A stretch of DNA of 64,000 nucleotides, taken from Macrostomum lignano. Taxonomy: Eukaryota. The notes under the pieces were generated by a model, which saw nothing but the letters and a program-made list of their open reading frames with translations, did no database searches and was not told the origin of the DNA. Positions 61,201 through 64,000 of this stretch are shown one piece after another (within the stretch, counting starts at the first letter, position 1; each line of letters starts with the position of its first letter). The position numbers and the translations under genes are program-made. The DNA is taken from contig NIVC01000980.1 in NCBI GenBank assembly GCA_002269645.1, forward strand, positions 186,001 to 250,000, read 5' to 3'.

Positions 61201-63024
61201 TCAGGGCATTACGGCAGAATATTTGGGCAACGCACAGCCAAATGCCGGTCCGCCCCGCCAGGTTGACCCAACCAACGAGGCCAACTACCCGTTCCTGTCC
61301 GCTCTTCTGTCCGAGCTGTCGTCCGTATTCCCGGACACCTATTTGCACCTGGGCGGCGACGAGGTGCCATTCGACTGCTGGCAGTCCAACCCCAAAGTGC
61401 GTCAGTTCATGGCCGACCGGGGGTTCGGGCAGAACTACTCACTGCTGGAGAACTACTATGAGAACCGCATCATCAGCATTGCCACTTCGGGTGCCAACCG
61501 GAGCGTCGTGGTCTGGCAGGAGCTGCTTGACAACGCCGTGTCACTGCCTAGGGGCACCATTGTACACGTGTGGAAGGGCGGCTGGCAGGACGAGATGGCC
61601 AAGGTGGGACCCAATCTCCAATAGGACTCCAATTCACACTCCAAACCACACTCCAACCCACACTCCAATCCACACTCCAACCCACACTCCAATCCACAAT
61701 CCAATTCACACTCCAATCCACACTCCAACCCACACTCCAATCCACACTCCAATCCACACTCCAACCCACACTCCAATCCACACTCCAATCCACACTCCAA
61801 TCCACACTCCAATCCACACTCCAATTCACCTCAAATTCACACTCCAATCCACAATCCAATCCACACTCCAATCCACACTCCAATCCACACTCCAATCCAC
61901 ACTCCAATCCACACTCCAATCCACACTCCAATCCACCTCCAATCCACACTCCAATCCACACTCCAATCCACCTCCAATCCACACTCCAATCCACACTCCA
62001 ATCCACCTCCAATCCACCTCCAATCCACACTCCAATCCACCTCCAATCCACACTCCAATCCACACTCCAATCCACCTCCAATCCACCTCCAATCCACCTC
62101 CAATTGACACTCCAATCCACGCTCCAATCCACCTCCGATTCACACTCCAATCCACCTCCAATTCACACCCAATCCACCTCCAATTCACACTCCAATCCAC
62201 ACTCCATCCACACTAACCCATAAATAATTCTAGCCCATATTCCAACCCACACTCCAGCCGACATTCCGTCATACAGAATGAAACAGTAGTAAAAAAGGTC
62301 AATCAAAAATTTCTCTCAATCAGCTTCCATCACGATCGACCGTAGCACATGTGCGTCCTGGCGCTGGGCTCGGGATTTAGGCCCCTGTACAGCATGCGGC
62401 CTAAATTGGACGAACTCACTCCAATCCACCTCCAATCCACACCAATCCACACTCCAATCCACCCCCAATTCACACTCCAATCCACACTCTAATCCAAACT
62501 CCAATCCACACTCCAATCCACACTCTAATCCAAACTCCAATCCACACTCCAATCCACCTCCAATCCACACTCCATCCACACTAACCCATAAATAATTCTA
62601 GCCCATATTCCAACCCACACTCCAGCCGACATTCCGGCCCACACTCCAACCCACACTGCAGGTGACCGCCCGCGGCTACCCCGCGCTGCTGTCCTCCTGC
62701 TGGTACCTGGACTACATCAAGATGTCGGACTGGAAAGATTTTTACGCCTGCGACCCGTTGAGCTTCTCCGCATCGGCTGCTCAGAAATCCCGCGTCATTG
62801 GCGGCGAAGCCTGCCTGTGGGGCGAGTTCGTCGACGCCAGCAACGCCGTCAGCCAGCTGTGGCCGCGCGCCTCCGCCGTGGCCGAACGGCTGTGGAGCAA
62901 CCAGACCGACTGGCGGCCGGAAGTGGCCGAGCCGAGGTACGCCGGACAGCGCTGCCGCATGCTGTACAGGGGCCTAAATCCCGAGCCCAGCGCCAGGACG
63001 CACATGTGCTACGGTCGATCGTGA
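58260..63024 (+). CDS. HEXB: Lysosomal beta-hexosaminidase, GH20 (HEXA/HEXB ortholog group)
   Basis: Exons 58260-58713 (signal peptide, VWPMP), 59028-59251 ([29 protein letters not shown]), 59360-59461 ([18 protein letters not shown]; GC donor), 60570-60764 ([14 protein letters not shown]), 61262-61603 (YLHLGGDEV catalytic motif), 62662-63024 ([33 protein letters not shown]); 559 aa in one frame. Alpha versus beta type cannot be decided. Confidence 0.95.
58760..59000. repeat. 22-bp minisatellite (TAGGCTAGACTAGCAATCCATG) in HEX intron 1
   Basis: Directly visible. Confidence 0.95.
59500..60545. repeat. 20-bp minisatellite (GCTAGATCTGTGAGCAATCT) in HEX intron 3
   Basis: About 50 copies. Confidence 0.95.
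60880..61175. repeat. ~38-bp minisatellite (TCAATAAATGAGTGGATTAAGGGATTAGCAGACTGAGA) in HEX intron 4
   Basis: Directly visible. Confidence 0.9.
61620..62640. repeat. 12-bp minisatellite (CCAATCCACACT) in HEX intron 5, interrupted by an inverted exon copy
   Basis: Directly visible. Confidence 0.95.
62266..62400 (-). other. Inverted duplicate of HEX last-exon end plus 3'UTR (source 62954-63089)
   Basis: Reverse complement matches the source with about two differences. Confidence 0.95.
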
Positions 63025-63139
63025 TGGAAGCTGATTGAGAGAAATTTTTGACTGACCTTTTTTACTACTGTTTCATTCTGTATGACCGGTGCGTGTTCTA
63101 CATCGGTTCGTGCTGATGTTTTTACTAGCGGAGGGTAGA

Positions 63140-63440
63140 GATATGAGTGAGTGAATGAGTGAGTGAGTGAGTGAGTGAGTGAGTGAGTGAGTGAGTGAGT
63201 GAGTGAGTGAGTGAGTGGGTGAGTGAGTGATGAGTGAGTGAGTGAGTGAGTGAGTGGGTGAGTGAATGAGTGAGTGGGTGAGTGAGTGAGTGAGTGAGTG
63301 AGTGAGTGAGTGAATGAGTGAGTGAGTGAGTGAGTGAGTGAGTGAGTGAGTGAGTGAGTGAGTGAGTGGGTGAGTGAGTGATGAGTGAGTGAGTGAGTGA
63401 GTGGGTGAGTGAATGAGTGAGTGATCGAGTGAGTGGGTGA
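63140..63440. repeat. (GAGT)n microsatellite
   Basis: Directly visible. Confidence 0.95.
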
Positions 63441-64000
63441 ATTAGGAGTGAATGATTTGTTAATTGTTCTCAAACTGTCAGTGATTATTCACTGGTAGGT
63501 ATCATTGTCAGCGCATTCTGCCTATTCCGATCACTTCACTAATTTAAAACTTTTCACTCTTCAAAAGCCAGTGTACCGTTTATTTTTCCTGCACACCTTG
63601 TCACATCGGAATTGATGCGCAAGGCCAAAAAAAACAACTTTATCAAGTAAAACAATTTTATAACTTTTGTACTATTGATTCAATATACTCGTACGTTTTC
63701 AATATTTTTTCATTCAGATTTATTATCTGCAAAATAAAAACTAACGAATAAATTAAAAGGAAAAGATTTTTTCGTTTTTTAGTTATATATTTTACTATTT
63801 AACGCTTTGTAAGTTAAATTTAATTAACTAATTAAATATATTTTTCTTTAACGTTTCAGCAGGTTGTTTGTGTGAAATTTGTTGGAAAATTGAATATTCG
63901 CAATAAAAATGCCGGTCTATGTGGTTGGAGTGTCCGGGTGAGAGATCCAATTTTGCACTTAATTATTAAATTTAATTATTTTTATGCAGCGTTTGAGTTT

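Overview
Eukaryotic (animal) genomic DNA, not prokaryotic. GC-rich, GC3-biased exons are separated by AT-rich spacers and by introns that mostly carry their own minisatellite. That style resembles a free-living flatworm such as Macrostomum, but this is inference only. I could reconstruct six recognisable genes by hand from splice sites and reading-frame phase: a NIDO+IPT mesh/SUSD2-like gene (minus, runs off the left end), an intronless HSD17B12/KAR-like short-chain reductase (minus), a 14-exon C2CD2/TMEM24-like SMP-C2 lipid-transfer protein (plus), an intronless class A orphan GPCR (minus), PCBD (plus) and a GH20 beta-hexosaminidase (plus). There is also one tentative small unknown gene. Mobile DNA comprises a Merlin transposase relic, two probable non-autonomous Helitrons carrying repeat tracts, a MITE with a clean 8-bp TSD, a CORE-like tRNA SINE and a 3'-truncated Mag-type Gypsy. 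Most long ORFs in the supplied track are artefacts of about 35 tandem arrays. The most unusual items are: a Gypsy 5' LTR whose ends form a 108-bp near-perfect inverted repeat; an inverted copy of the hexosaminidase last exon/3'UTR inside its own last intron; and an apparent intron built entirely from repeats of flanking exon sequence.
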